Below, piece by piece: positions 55,785 to 64,000 of a stretch of 64,000 nucleotides of DNA. Every line of letters starts with the position of its first letter. Position 1 is the first letter of the stretch. The notes under the pieces are model-generated. The model was not told the origin of the DNA. It searched no databases and saw nothing but the letters and a program-made list of their open reading frames with translations. This stretch comes from an uncultured Tenacibaculum sp. (GTDB lineage: Bacteria; Bacteroidota; Bacteroidia; Flavobacteriales; Flavobacteriaceae), in contig NZ_CANLTU010000014.1 in assembly GCF_947494125.1 (NCBI RefSeq), forward strand, positions 2,177-66,176, read 5' to 3'. The translations under genes were made by a program, and so were the position numbers.

Positions 55785-58700
55785 TTACTTCACTACTTCA
55801 ATCCATTGTCCTTTTGTACGTGCTATATAATCATTATCGTACATAGCTTCTACTTGTACTCCTGGTAAATAATACTTACCTAAATACGATGCATTTAACA
55901 ATACTCTAAATGTTTTGATTTCATACTTATTTAAAGTAAAATAATTACTAATACTTGCATCTCTAATATCTGTATAATCTACTTTTGAAGAAGTAGTATT
56001 GTTTCCAAAATCAGTAAATCTTGTATTAATAATTTCCCATCCAGAAGGTATATATTCAGTTAATGCTATATTCTCTACTTTATCATTTGTTGAATTTCGT
56101 ACAGTTACTTCTGCTATAAAGTTAGTCCCTTGTGATATACTTATTGGATCTATACGGTTTCCCCCTTTAGTTTTATAAGTTATCGTTGTTTCTAAATTTT
56201 TTTGAACTATTTTCTCTACGCCTACCGGTAAAATTCCCTTATTCAATAATCGTACATATAATACACCTTTACTTTTATTCGATATTTTAAACGTGTTTTC
56301 TTTCTTTATTTCTTCTATATCTTCTGCATACAATGCTTTCTGAATATTAATCTTTTTTGAATTACTATTCAAAGTATAACTTGCGTGAATACCTGTATTA
56401 TCTCCATTTTGTAGGGCATATTGACTCATTGCTAATAAACTAAATGCAGTAGTTTGTGTACTCATCCATTTATCACTAGATAAATTTCCTGCTATTTCTT
56501 TCGCCAATTTAATTGCTTTTACTTCATCTTTTAACAACGTATATGTTTCTAGAGCCATGGCTTTATTTCTAGTTTCTGAACCATAATTATAATAATACCT
56601 TCTAGCGTAATTTTCTTCTGTTAGAGTTCCTAAAATAATATTTGCTATCGACTTCTTTCCTATTAAAGCGTATGCTGCTGCTAAACGCATTTTTGCTTGA
56701 TTTGAAATGTTTTTAGTTTCTCTTAAACGATTCATAGATGCTAAATCTGGGCTATTTGCCAAACTTAAAGTATACAATCTATACGCTTGATTAAATGCAT
56801 TGTTGTAATAACTTGAATTATTTCTCCAATTACGAGCTTGTTGTTTCTGATAAGCTATCCAATTTGATTTAAAACCTATTGGTAATACATAACCTTTTTT
56901 TGCTGCTTCAATCATAAAATGACCTGCATACGATGTTCCCCAATTATCAGCACTACTATTTCCTTGCCAATATGATAAACCTCCGTTTGATATTTGAAAA
57001 TCTGACAATCGTTGAATTGTTGCTTTAATATTTCGTTCTATTGATTGTTGCTTTTCTTTTGATAAATCAAATATTTCTGGTAAATATAACTGTGGAAACG
57101 CACTAGAGGTTGTTTGCTCTACACAACCATGCGGATAACGAATTAGATATCCCATACGTTTAGTAAAATTCATTGGTGGTAATGTTGATAATTCAACACT
57201 CGCAGTATTTGTTCCTTTGGTTCCAAAAGCTGTAAAATCTATTTCTTTTACTTCATTAGATTTTAATACCAAGTCTTTTACTTCTGTAGTTACAGGATTT
57301 GGATTTAACACATCTATTTCTACTTCGTAAGATGCTTTTTCATTCCCTGAACTTGCATTTATTTTTACTTTTCCTATTCCTTTAAAATCATTTACTTTTA
57401 ATGTAAAATATGCCATTTTTTCATCTGGCTGATTAAATGAAATAGTTTGTGTTTTATCTCCAACTATTGTGTACGATTCATTTGGCGCTACCGTTACCTT
57501 TACTTTTTTAATTTCTGGTTTCATAGCAAAAACGGTTACTGGCAATGTTACGGTTTCTTGCGGTGTAATTTTTCGAGGTAAGGATGCTAAAATCATAACT
57601 GGCTTGCGTACAAATGCTGTTTTCTCGTCGCTTCCATAAGCTTCTTCTTTCGCATTTGTAGCTACTACCATTGCTCTTACCGACCCTACATACTTTGGTA
57701 TTTTTATCGAATGTTTTTGTATGTCTCCTTTTTCTAAATTAAATGGTCCTAAATAGGTAACCATTGGCTTAAATCGGTTAGCTTTCTTATTCTTACTTCC
57801 TGCTTCAGCTTCGTCTCCTCCAATACTTAATATTTGATTTACTTTTCCTCCATATGCTCCAATTACATCATCAAAAATATCCCAAGTTCTAACTCCTAAC
57901 GATTGCCTAGCATAAAATGTATTCCATGGATTTGGCGTTTTAAATCGTGTTAAATCTAGTAAACCATCATCTACCAATGCTATTGTATAAGTCATTGGCT
58001 TTCCATTCTTTTCTTTTACTCTAATATTTGCTACAGATTCTGGTCTTAACTCATCTGCTAACTGTATTTCTGGTTCCAATTTAGTTGCCGGGTCATTTAC
58101 CAACATTGGTAAAGATCCATACATACGTATTGGTAAATCATTTACTGTTTGACTATGCTTTTGTAGTAATGAAATATTTACATACACATTTGGGGTATAA
58201 TTTGCCAATACTGGGAAAGAGAATTTTGTTTGTTTTGCTTTTGTTGGCACCCAAAAATGATCTAATACTTCTGTACCATTTTCTATAGTAATTAATGCTC
58301 TACCTCCCTCTGATGATGGAAATTTAACTGTTGCTGTTTCCTTTACATTATAAGTCTCTTTATCTGTTGTAAAAACTAGCATTGTTGCATTTGTTTTATC
58401 TTGACTTCCTTTTTTCTTCCCATACCAAGAAGGCCAATCGAAATATGCAATGTTTGACGTTACGTGTTTACTCTTTTTATCTGTAATTTTTATTAAATAA
58501 CGTCCCCAATCATTTTCACTTACTTTTAAATCAAACGACCCTTTTCCATTTGCACCTGTTTTTACTTGCACAGTTTTATATGGTTCATGGTAACGTGTTC
58601 CGTCATAATTAGAAAGTCCATTATCTGAAGTGCTCCACCACCAACGCCAAGATAGCTTATATACTTTTACGTCTAAACGATTTGCTACTCCTACTCCATT

Positions 58701-61280
58701 TTCATTAACTGTTGCTACATTAAAAGTATATTTTTCATCTGTAAATAAATAGTTTTTTGATTGTTGCTCTTCTGCGTTTAATAAACCTACATAACTAGTA
58801 TATGGCGATACTTTTTTAGTAAATACATCGGTACTAAAATCTCCTCCATTTTCATAAACCTTAGTTATAAAACTCGCTTTCAACATTCCAGGAGCTTTCG
58901 TATCTAATTTAGGTTTTACTGAAAACTTTGTTTCTCCTTCGTTATTTAATTTTCCTTTTAATACTGAAAATTCTTCTGTACCAAATCTCCTAGTAACATC
59001 GTCAAAATTATAATTCTTGAATTTAGAAAATTCTGTTTTTGTTTGTCTAAACTTTCCGTTTATATCTAGTTTTAAGTTCCTTGCTATGGCACCATGCAAC
59101 CATTTAACTTCTACATCTCCATCAATTGACGTATTCGCTTTTATTACTTCAGTAGCAGTATTTAGTTTAATCTTTAAACGATTCGGTTTTATCGTTTCTA
59201 TTTTTAAAGTCTTTGTAAAAACTGCTCCTCCAACACTTACTCTCAATTTCCAATTTCCTGTAATTGCATCCACATTAGTTTTTGGTGCATAGGCATATAC
59301 ATTATGTGCATTCTTATATTGAATTTTTCTATCTACAATTTTACCTTGTGGATTTATCAATTCAAACTTTATTGGATGTTTTTCTGGTAATGGATTTGCT
59401 TTATCATTTAACACAAACGTTAAAAACAATTGATCTCCTGGTCTCCACACACCTCTTTCTCCGTATATATAACCTTTTATTCCTTTTTGAAGTTTTGTTC
59501 CTGATACATCAAACTTACTCATTGACAATGCACTTCCCTCATTCAATTTAACGTAAGTTGTATTATTATTTTTTGTTACTACTGCAAAAAAAGCATTTGT
59601 TATTTCATCAAACTTCGCAATTCCTTCTTTGTCTGTTGTTAGTGTTGTTACTGCTTGTTGCTGTAAATTAAACAGGGTTACTTTTGCTCCAGAAGCTGAC
59701 TCTGCAGTTAATAAATTTGTAACTGCTATAAAGGTTTTATTATTATTTCCTTTTTTTACAATTACTCCTAAATTAGTAGCTAAGATATTAGTACTAATTT
59801 TTTTACTGTAGTAATAAGATGAAGTACAAGGGTTTTCTCTATCTCTCCAATTATAATTGTAATAATCATTATTATAATAATTTTGACTATCGTATTGCTT
59901 TGTGTTTATTTTCTTTTTACCATACACTATTGTGCTACTATTTACAATTCCATCACAAGAATAATTTGAATACTCTTTATTAAATGATAGCTCTACTCTA
60001 TACATAGCCCCATTTTCTATTGCTAAGACTTCTGTTAAATCAATGGCAAATGCATTTTCTTTTGTTAAATCTACTCCTTGGTTGGTTAAATTTACTGTGT
60101 ACTTTGCTTCTGGCCTTCCTACATAACGTAAATTTCCTTGGTTATTTAAATTATTATGTTGTAAAAATTGTAAGACATTATTTTTATAAATCTTGTAAAC
60201 TGTTGCATCTACCGCTTTTAAATTAACAGATTTAAAATTGATTTTTAAATTGTTTGAGTTTGGTAAAATTGACCCACTTTTTATAAAAGAAACTGAAGGT
60301 TTTAATTGTTCAAAATGTAATGTTTTACTAAACTTTTCTTTTAAATCATACCCTTCTGAATTTTTTATTCCTTTAAAAACGTTTATAACTACCTTATTTT
60401 TAAAAGAAGATTTTGGATATATATTTACCACATTATTACTTATTTTGTAAGTAAATCTTCTTTTCTGTGTATTTTCAAATTGAATTAACCCGCTTAAATC
60501 TTGTCCTTTTTTTATTGGATCTGAAAAACTAATTTCAATGTGCTGTTTATCTGTATTAACTACTTCTGCATTTAAAACTTTAAAATTATTTTTCCCTGTT
60601 ATTATTAGCTCTCTATCTCCTTTTGATGTTGATTTTATTGACGTTCCATCCCATTCAATTTTTAAAACTTTATCATCATCAAAACGTTGTAAGCTATCTA
60701 TTTTAAAATGTATTTTCGAAGCAAATTTTTCAAAAGTCTCAAACTTTACTTCTGTTTGTTTTCCATTATAATTTGCTTTTATAAGCGTTGGTAGTTTTGA
60801 ACTTTCTATCACATCGCTAGCCGTTAAAACTCCTTCTACGACATATATATCTTTACTTGAAACCTTTGGAGACTTTAATGATACATTAAAAAGTAATTCC
60901 TTTGTTTTTACTTTTATTGTAAAATCTTTTAAATCTGAATCTATTTCATCATATAATTTTGATAAATGTAATGTAAGTTTATACTCTTGATTACTTTGTA
61001 ATTTTTCATTTGGAATAAAAGAAATTACATTATTCTTAAATGTTACTTCTCCTTTTACTTTCGGACTAATTGTAAAAACATCATTATTTACAGTTGCTTC
61101 TTCTATTTTTTTCTTTAAAAAGAAATCAAATTTTGGAGTAATAGATACTAGCTTTTCAGGAAATACAGATACATATTCACTATAAGCGTTTACATTACTT
61201 ACTTTACCTGTTGTTTTTTTACAAGCATTAACAATTAGCAGTAAGATTATTAGCGCAATTATTTTTACATTTTTTTTCAT
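55785..61280 (-). CDS. Bacterial alpha-2-macroglobulin (YfhM/MG2 family) lipoprotein
   Basis: Lipobox VNAC; YGERGVWRPG, IKPNRLK and thioester motif YPHGCVEQ; C-terminal VEAMY. Confidence 0.94.
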   Translation of the reverse strand: MKKNVKIIALIILLLIVNACKKTTGKVSNVNAYSEYVSVFPEKLVSITPKFDFFLKKKIEEATVNNDVFTISPKVKGEVTFKNNVISFIPNEKLQSNQEYKLTLHLSKLYDEIDSDLKDFTIKVKTKELLFNVSLKSPKVSSKDIYVVEGVLTASDVIESSKLPTLIKANYNGKQTEVKFETFEKFASKIHFKIDSLQRFDDDKVLKIEWDGTSIKSTSKGDRELIITGKNNFKVLNAEVVNTDKQHIEISFSDPIKKGQDLSGLIQFENTQKRRFTYKISNNVVNIYPKSSFKNKVVINVFKGIKNSEGYDLKEKFSKTLHFEQLKPSVSFIKSGSILPNSNNLKINFKSVNLKAVDATVYKIYKNNVLQFLQHNNLNNQGNLRYVGRPEAKYTVNLTNQGVDLTKENAFAIDLTEVLAIENGAMYRVELSFNKEYSNYSCDGIVNSSTIVYGKKKINTKQYDSQNYYNNDYYNYNWRDRENPCTSSYYYSKKISTNILATNLGVIVKKGNNNKTFIAVTNLLTAESASGAKVTLFNLQQQAVTTLTTDKEGIAKFDEITNAFFAVVTKNNNTTYVKLNEGSALSMSKFDVSGTKLQKGIKGYIYGERGVWRPGDQLFLTFVLNDKANPLPEKHPIKFELINPQGKIVDRKIQYKNAHNVYAYAPKTNVDAITGNWKLRVSVGGAVFTKTLKIETIKPNRLKIKLNTATEVIKANTSIDGDVEVKWLHGAIARNLKLDINGKFRQTKTEFSKFKNYNFDDVTRRFGTEEFSVLKGKLNNEGETKFSVKPKLDTKAPGMLKASFITKVYENGGDFSTDVFTKKVSPYTSYVGLLNAEEQQSKNYLFTDEKYTFNVATVNENGVGVANRLDVKVYKLSWRWWWSTSDNGLSNYDGTRYHEPYKTVQVKTGANGKGSFDLKVSENDWGRYLIKITDKKSKHVTSNIAYFDWPSWYGKKKGSQDKTNATMLVFTTDKETYNVKETATVKFPSSEGGRALITIENGTEVLDHFWVPTKAKQTKFSFPVLANYTPNVYVNISLLQKHSQTVNDLPIRMYGSLPMLVNDPATKLEPEIQLADELRPESVANIRVKEKNGKPMTYTIALVDDGLLDLTRFKTPNPWNTFYARQSLGVRTWDIFDDVIGAYGGKVNQILSIGGDEAEAGSKNKKANRFKPMVTYLGPFNLEKGDIQKHSIKIPKYVGSVRAMVVATNAKEEAYGSDEKTAFVRKPVMILASLPRKITPQETVTLPVTVFAMKPEIKKVKVTVAPNESYTIVGDKTQTISFNQPDEKMAYFTLKVNDFKGIGKVKINASSGNEKASYEVEIDVLNPNPVTTEVKDLVLKSNEVKEIDFTAFGTKGTNTASVELSTLPPMNFTKRMGYLIRYPHGCVEQTTSSAFPQLYLPEIFDLSKEKQQSIERNIKATIQRLSDFQISNGGLSYWQGNSSADNWGTSYAGHFMIEAAKKGYVLPIGFKSNWIAYQKQQARNWRNNSSYYNNAFNQAYRLYTLSLANSPDLASMNRLRETKNISNQAKMRLAAAYALIGKKSIANIILGTLTEENYARRYYYNYGSETRNKAMALETYTLLKDEVKAIKLAKEIAGNLSSDKWMSTQTTAFSLLAMSQYALQNGDNTGIHASYTLNSNSKKINIQKALYAEDIEEIKKENTFKISNKSKGVLYVRLLNKGILPVGVEKIVQKNLETTITYKTKGGNRIDPISISQGTNFIAEVTVRNSTNDKVENIALTEYIPSGWEIINTRFTDFGNNTTSSKVDYTDIRDASISNYFTLNKYEIKTFRVLLNASYLGKYYLPGVQVEAMYDNDYIARTKGQWIEVVK

Positions 61281-61472
61281 TACAAAATAGCTTTTTCATT
61301 AATTTGACGAAGTATTTCAAAGTTAAGTATTTTAAAAACACTACTATAAAAAATAACTTAAATAATTTTATAAAAAAGCATGAGTTGAATTACTTTATAA
61401 AAAGAAAAGTAAGTACTATTCTTTCTTACATTTAATAATTCTTAATTTTGCCTTCCATCTTGAAATAAGAAC

Positions 61473-62054
61473 ATGTTAGGATTAAAATTTGAAACAGAAA
61501 CTTCTTGGGCAGATATTGCTAAAGATAATTTACAACAGATATTAACAGATCATGCTTTTTTAGAACAAAAAGCTGCTTCTAATGCTGTATCTATAATTAT
61601 TAATTATTCTGAAGAAACTGAGCTTGTACAAAGCATGAGTGCTATTGCTATTGAAGAAATGGAACATTTTAAAATGGTTCATGATTTTATGGTAAAACGA
61701 GGGATGGTTTTAGGTAGAGAACAAAAGAATGATTATGCTATTCAATTACAAAAATTCTTTACTAAAACTAAAGATCGTACGGAAGCTTTAATTCAACGTT
61801 TACTAATAGCTGCTATTATTGAAGCTAGAAGTTGTGAACGTTTTAAAGTTTTTTCTGAAAATATGGAGGACGAAGAGTTATCTAAATTCTACAAGGATTT
61901 AATGATTTCTGAAGCCAATCACTACACTACTTTTTTAGGTTTTGCTCGAAAATATCAAGACAGAGAGCTTGTTGATAAAAAATGGGACGACTTAGTTGCT
62001 TTTGAAGCTGAGATGATGAGAAGTCGCGGGACTATTGCTAAAGTTCATGGATAA
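61473..62054 (+). CDS. miaE: tRNA-(ms2io6A37) hydroxylase
   Basis: DHAFLEQKAA, EEMEHF, EARSCERF and SEANHY di-iron motifs. Confidence 0.93.
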   Translation: MLGLKFETETSWADIAKDNLQQILTDHAFLEQKAASNAVSIIINYSEETELVQSMSAIAIEEMEHFKMVHDFMVKRGMVLGREQKNDYAIQLQKFFTKTKDRTEALIQRLLIAAIIEARSCERFKVFSENMEDEELSKFYKDLMISEANHYTTFLGFARKYQDRELVDKKWDDLVAFEAEMMRSRGTIAKVHG

Positions 62055-62066
62055 ATTAATACTTTT

Positions 62067-62309
62067 ATGAACTATTTACTGAAAATAATAGAAATCTTTA
62101 TAATACTTCTAATTATTTATTTATGGAATAAATATATTATTCCTTTCCTAATAAAAAAAGTAGTTAGTTTTCATAAAAGTTTCACAAAAATAGATGAAAA
62201 CCCTGCTATCAAATTCTTTGTCAAAAATGAGCAAAAAATAATAAATTTTGCGCAATATTTTTACTGGGTTGGAGCTGTAATAATTACTATAAGTATCTTA
62301 ATAAATTAA
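62067..62309 (+). CDS. Small hypothetical membrane protein (2 TM)
   Basis: 80 aa ORF with operonic spacing (12 nt before, 3 nt after). Confidence 0.55.
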   Translation: MNYLLKIIEIFIILLIIYLWNKYIIPFLIKKVVSFHKSFTKIDENPAIKFFVKNEQKIINFAQYFYWVGAVIITISILIN

Positions 62310-62312
62310 TTA

Positions 62313-62750
62313 ATGTTTAGTAAAGAAGAATCTGCTCTATTACGTAAAGAATTTTGGACTAGTTTTGGAAAATCTTTTCCAAGAAAATGGTTGTTGTACA
62401 ATACTAAAATTAAAGGTTTTGCTTTTAAATTTCAAGCTGATCGAAAGAAAGCATCAGTATGTTTAGATTTTGAACATCCTGATAGTGTTGCTAACGAACT
62501 TTTATTCGATCAATTACTTTCTTTAAAAAACATTTTGGAATCAGAATATTTACCTGAAGTAATTTATAACGATAATTTTGAATTAGATAATAGAAAAATT
62601 ATACATCGGATTTATGTTCCTTATGAGAAAAAATTTAGCATTCATAACAAAAATACTTGGCGTGATTGTTATGAATTTTATGTTGAGACCATGGAGCAAT
62701 TTGAATTGTTTTTTTATGAATATGAAGATTTTATAAAGCAAGCTATCTAA
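62313..62750 (+). CDS. DUF4268 family protein
   Basis: MFSKEE...EFWTSFGK...RKWLLYNTKIK...FFYEYED, typical of Bacteroidota DUF4268. Confidence 0.8.
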   Translation: MFSKEESALLRKEFWTSFGKSFPRKWLLYNTKIKGFAFKFQADRKKASVCLDFEHPDSVANELLFDQLLSLKNILESEYLPEVIYNDNFELDNRKIIHRIYVPYEKKFSIHNKNTWRDCYEFYVETMEQFELFFYEYEDFIKQAI

Positions 62751-62857
62751 CATAGGAAAAACACCCTTTTTAACTAATAATCAACACATTAGACGTAAAT
62801 ATTAATTCTTTTGACATATATTTGTAACGTTTTTTATTAACCCCTATACCCCTAATA

Positions 62858-63352
62858 ATGAATAACCAACCCCTACGGTTATTACTAGTGTTATGTGCAT
62901 TAGTTTTAACATCATGCTCGTCAAATAGCGAAATAGAATTGGCTGGAAACACTTCAGAGCCAATAACTGTTATTGCTGAAAAATCTATTGAAGCGGAAAT
63001 ATTAGTTCTTATTAACAACTACAGAGTTGCTAATGGACTTTCTGTTTTAAATAAATTGCAAACTATAAAGTCACAAGCCAATACTCATACTAATTATATG
63101 ATTGATCAGAATAAAATCTCTCACGATTTTTTCTATCAACGCAAAGAATACTTAACACAAAATGCTAATGCTGTTGGTGTTGGAGAAAATGTTGCTTATG
63201 GTTATTCTTCTGCTGAATCTGTTGTAAACGCTTGGGTTAAAAGTGAAAGTCACAAAAAGAATATAGAAGGAAATTTTACTCATTTTGAAATTTCTGCAGA
63301 GAAAGATAACGATGGTAAATGGTATTTTACCAACATCTTTATTAAAAAATAA
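62858..63352 (+). CDS. CAP/SCP (YkwD-like) domain lipoprotein
   Basis: LTSC lipobox; INNYR, ISHD, GENVAYG, WVKSESHKKNI and YFTNIF motifs. Confidence 0.9.
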   Translation: MNNQPLRLLLVLCALVLTSCSSNSEIELAGNTSEPITVIAEKSIEAEILVLINNYRVANGLSVLNKLQTIKSQANTHTNYMIDQNKISHDFFYQRKEYLTQNANAVGVGENVAYGYSSAESVVNAWVKSESHKKNIEGNFTHFEISAEKDNDGKWYFTNIFIKK

Positions 63353-63384
63353 TGTTATTGTTTATTTGAATTTTTAACAATAGT

Positions 63385-63422
63385 AAAAGCCTTCATTCAA
63401 TAATTATTGAATGAAGGCTTTT
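63385..63422. terminator. Bidirectional terminator, perfect 38-bp palindrome
   Basis: aaaagccttcattcaataa|ttattgaatgaaggctttt between convergent CAP and OmpA genes. Confidence 0.88.
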
Positions 63423-63451
63423 TGGAAAACCTGCTACTGGGAAACACTTAA

Positions 63452-64000
63452 TTATTTATAATCGTTTAGTATTATAAACTTTGATCTTCTATTTTCTTGA
63501 TGTTCTTCCTCTGTACAAGGAATATAATTACGACATTTATTTACTAATTGTTTTTCTCCATAACCTATTGCACTTTCTATTCTTTGTTTTTCTATATTTC
63601 TTGATATAATATAATCTCTAGTCGATTTTGCTCGTTTATCAGATAACGTTTCATTATATAAATCTCCTCCTCTACTATCAGTATGCGATTCTATTTTAAT
63701 AATCATGTCTGGGTGATTATTTAGTACTTTAACTACATATTCAAGTTCAAAAGCAGCATCTGGCCTTATATTCCATTTATCAAAATCAAAAAATATTGGA
63801 GCTATTACAATTTCTTTATCAATTATTAACGGTGTTAAAAATAAATCTTGTTCTATAATTTTGTGATGGATATTTGTAGTTTCTACATTTTTTAAATCGT
63901 CTTTATAATCAATTTTTGTTCCTCTTAAAGTATACTTCTTATTACATTCTGCTTCAAACTCAAAGCTTCCTTCAATTGTTGTTGTTATTTTATTTATAAC
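63452..64000 (-). CDS. OmpA-family peptidoglycan-binding protein, C-terminal part (5' end outside window; possibly PorE-like)
   Basis: Frame is open to the window edge: IFFDFDKWNIRPDAA...IKIESHTDSRG...LSDKRAKST...GYGE...NRRSKF. Confidence 0.9.
   Translation of the reverse strand, partial: VINKITTTIEGSFEFEAECNKKYTLRGTKIDYKDDLKNVETTNIHHKIIEQDLFLTPLIIDKEIVIAPIFFDFDKWNIRPDAAFELEYVVKVLNNHPDMIIKIESHTDSRGGDLYNETLSDKRAKSTRDYIISRNIEKQRIESAIGYGEKQLVNKCRNYIPCTEEEHQENRRSKFIILNDYK

Noticed and set aside
2055-63018. About 35 short ORFs (60-143 aa) antisense to or nested in long genes (e.g. 4218-4616, 16758-17123, 25471-25902, 62770-63018)
   Set aside because: They overlap well-supported genes, show no motifs, and have the composition expected of antisense shadows.
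1-64000. CRISPR arrays, tRNA/rRNA genes, IS elements, integrases, prophage or defence genes
   Set aside because: No spaced repeat arrays, cloverleaf-like or rRNA-like segments, or transposase/recombinase motifs were seen; intergenic gaps are all under about 200 nt.

Overview
AT-rich Flavobacteriaceae (Bacteroidota) chromosome segment; a Tenacibaculum/Polaribacter-like origin is inferred from gene content and composition, not from a search. It holds about 45 CDS and no rRNA, tRNA, CRISPR array, IS or phage genes that I can see. It opens in a SusC/SusD pair and ends in an OmpA-domain gene. Between them lie housekeeping genes (rsmD, ybiT-like ABC-F, two DEAD-box helicases, purB, adk, msrA, dnaX, dus, miaE), a czcA/czcB/P1B-ATPase metal-efflux cluster, a TonB receptor with a divergent LytS/LytTR pair, a truncated-haemoglobin/Crp-Fnr module, a His-rich TonB receptor, NhaP/USP/SulP, and a split alpha-2-macroglobulin/pbpC locus. 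Best candidate for an undescribed system: two unrelated-looking small His/Cys-rich leader ORFs (23258-23599 before czcA; 35991-36311 before a His-rich TonB receptor). Both have an N-terminal signal/TM segment, a metal-ligand cluster, a roughly 45-50 aa spacer and a C-terminal xPP arrest-like motif (QPP, RGPP). In both, the nucleotides just after the Pro-Pro codons are complementary to the translation-initiation region of the downstream gene, which suggests metal-sensing ribosome-stalling attenuation of both an exporter and an importer. Other highlights: two identical TTATGA-N6-TCATAA Crp/Fnr boxes at identical spacing from their promoters, an internal signal-peptidase site in the CzcA-TolC fusion, an A10 slippage site in dnaX, and a 15-bp direct repeat likely bound by the LytTR regulator.
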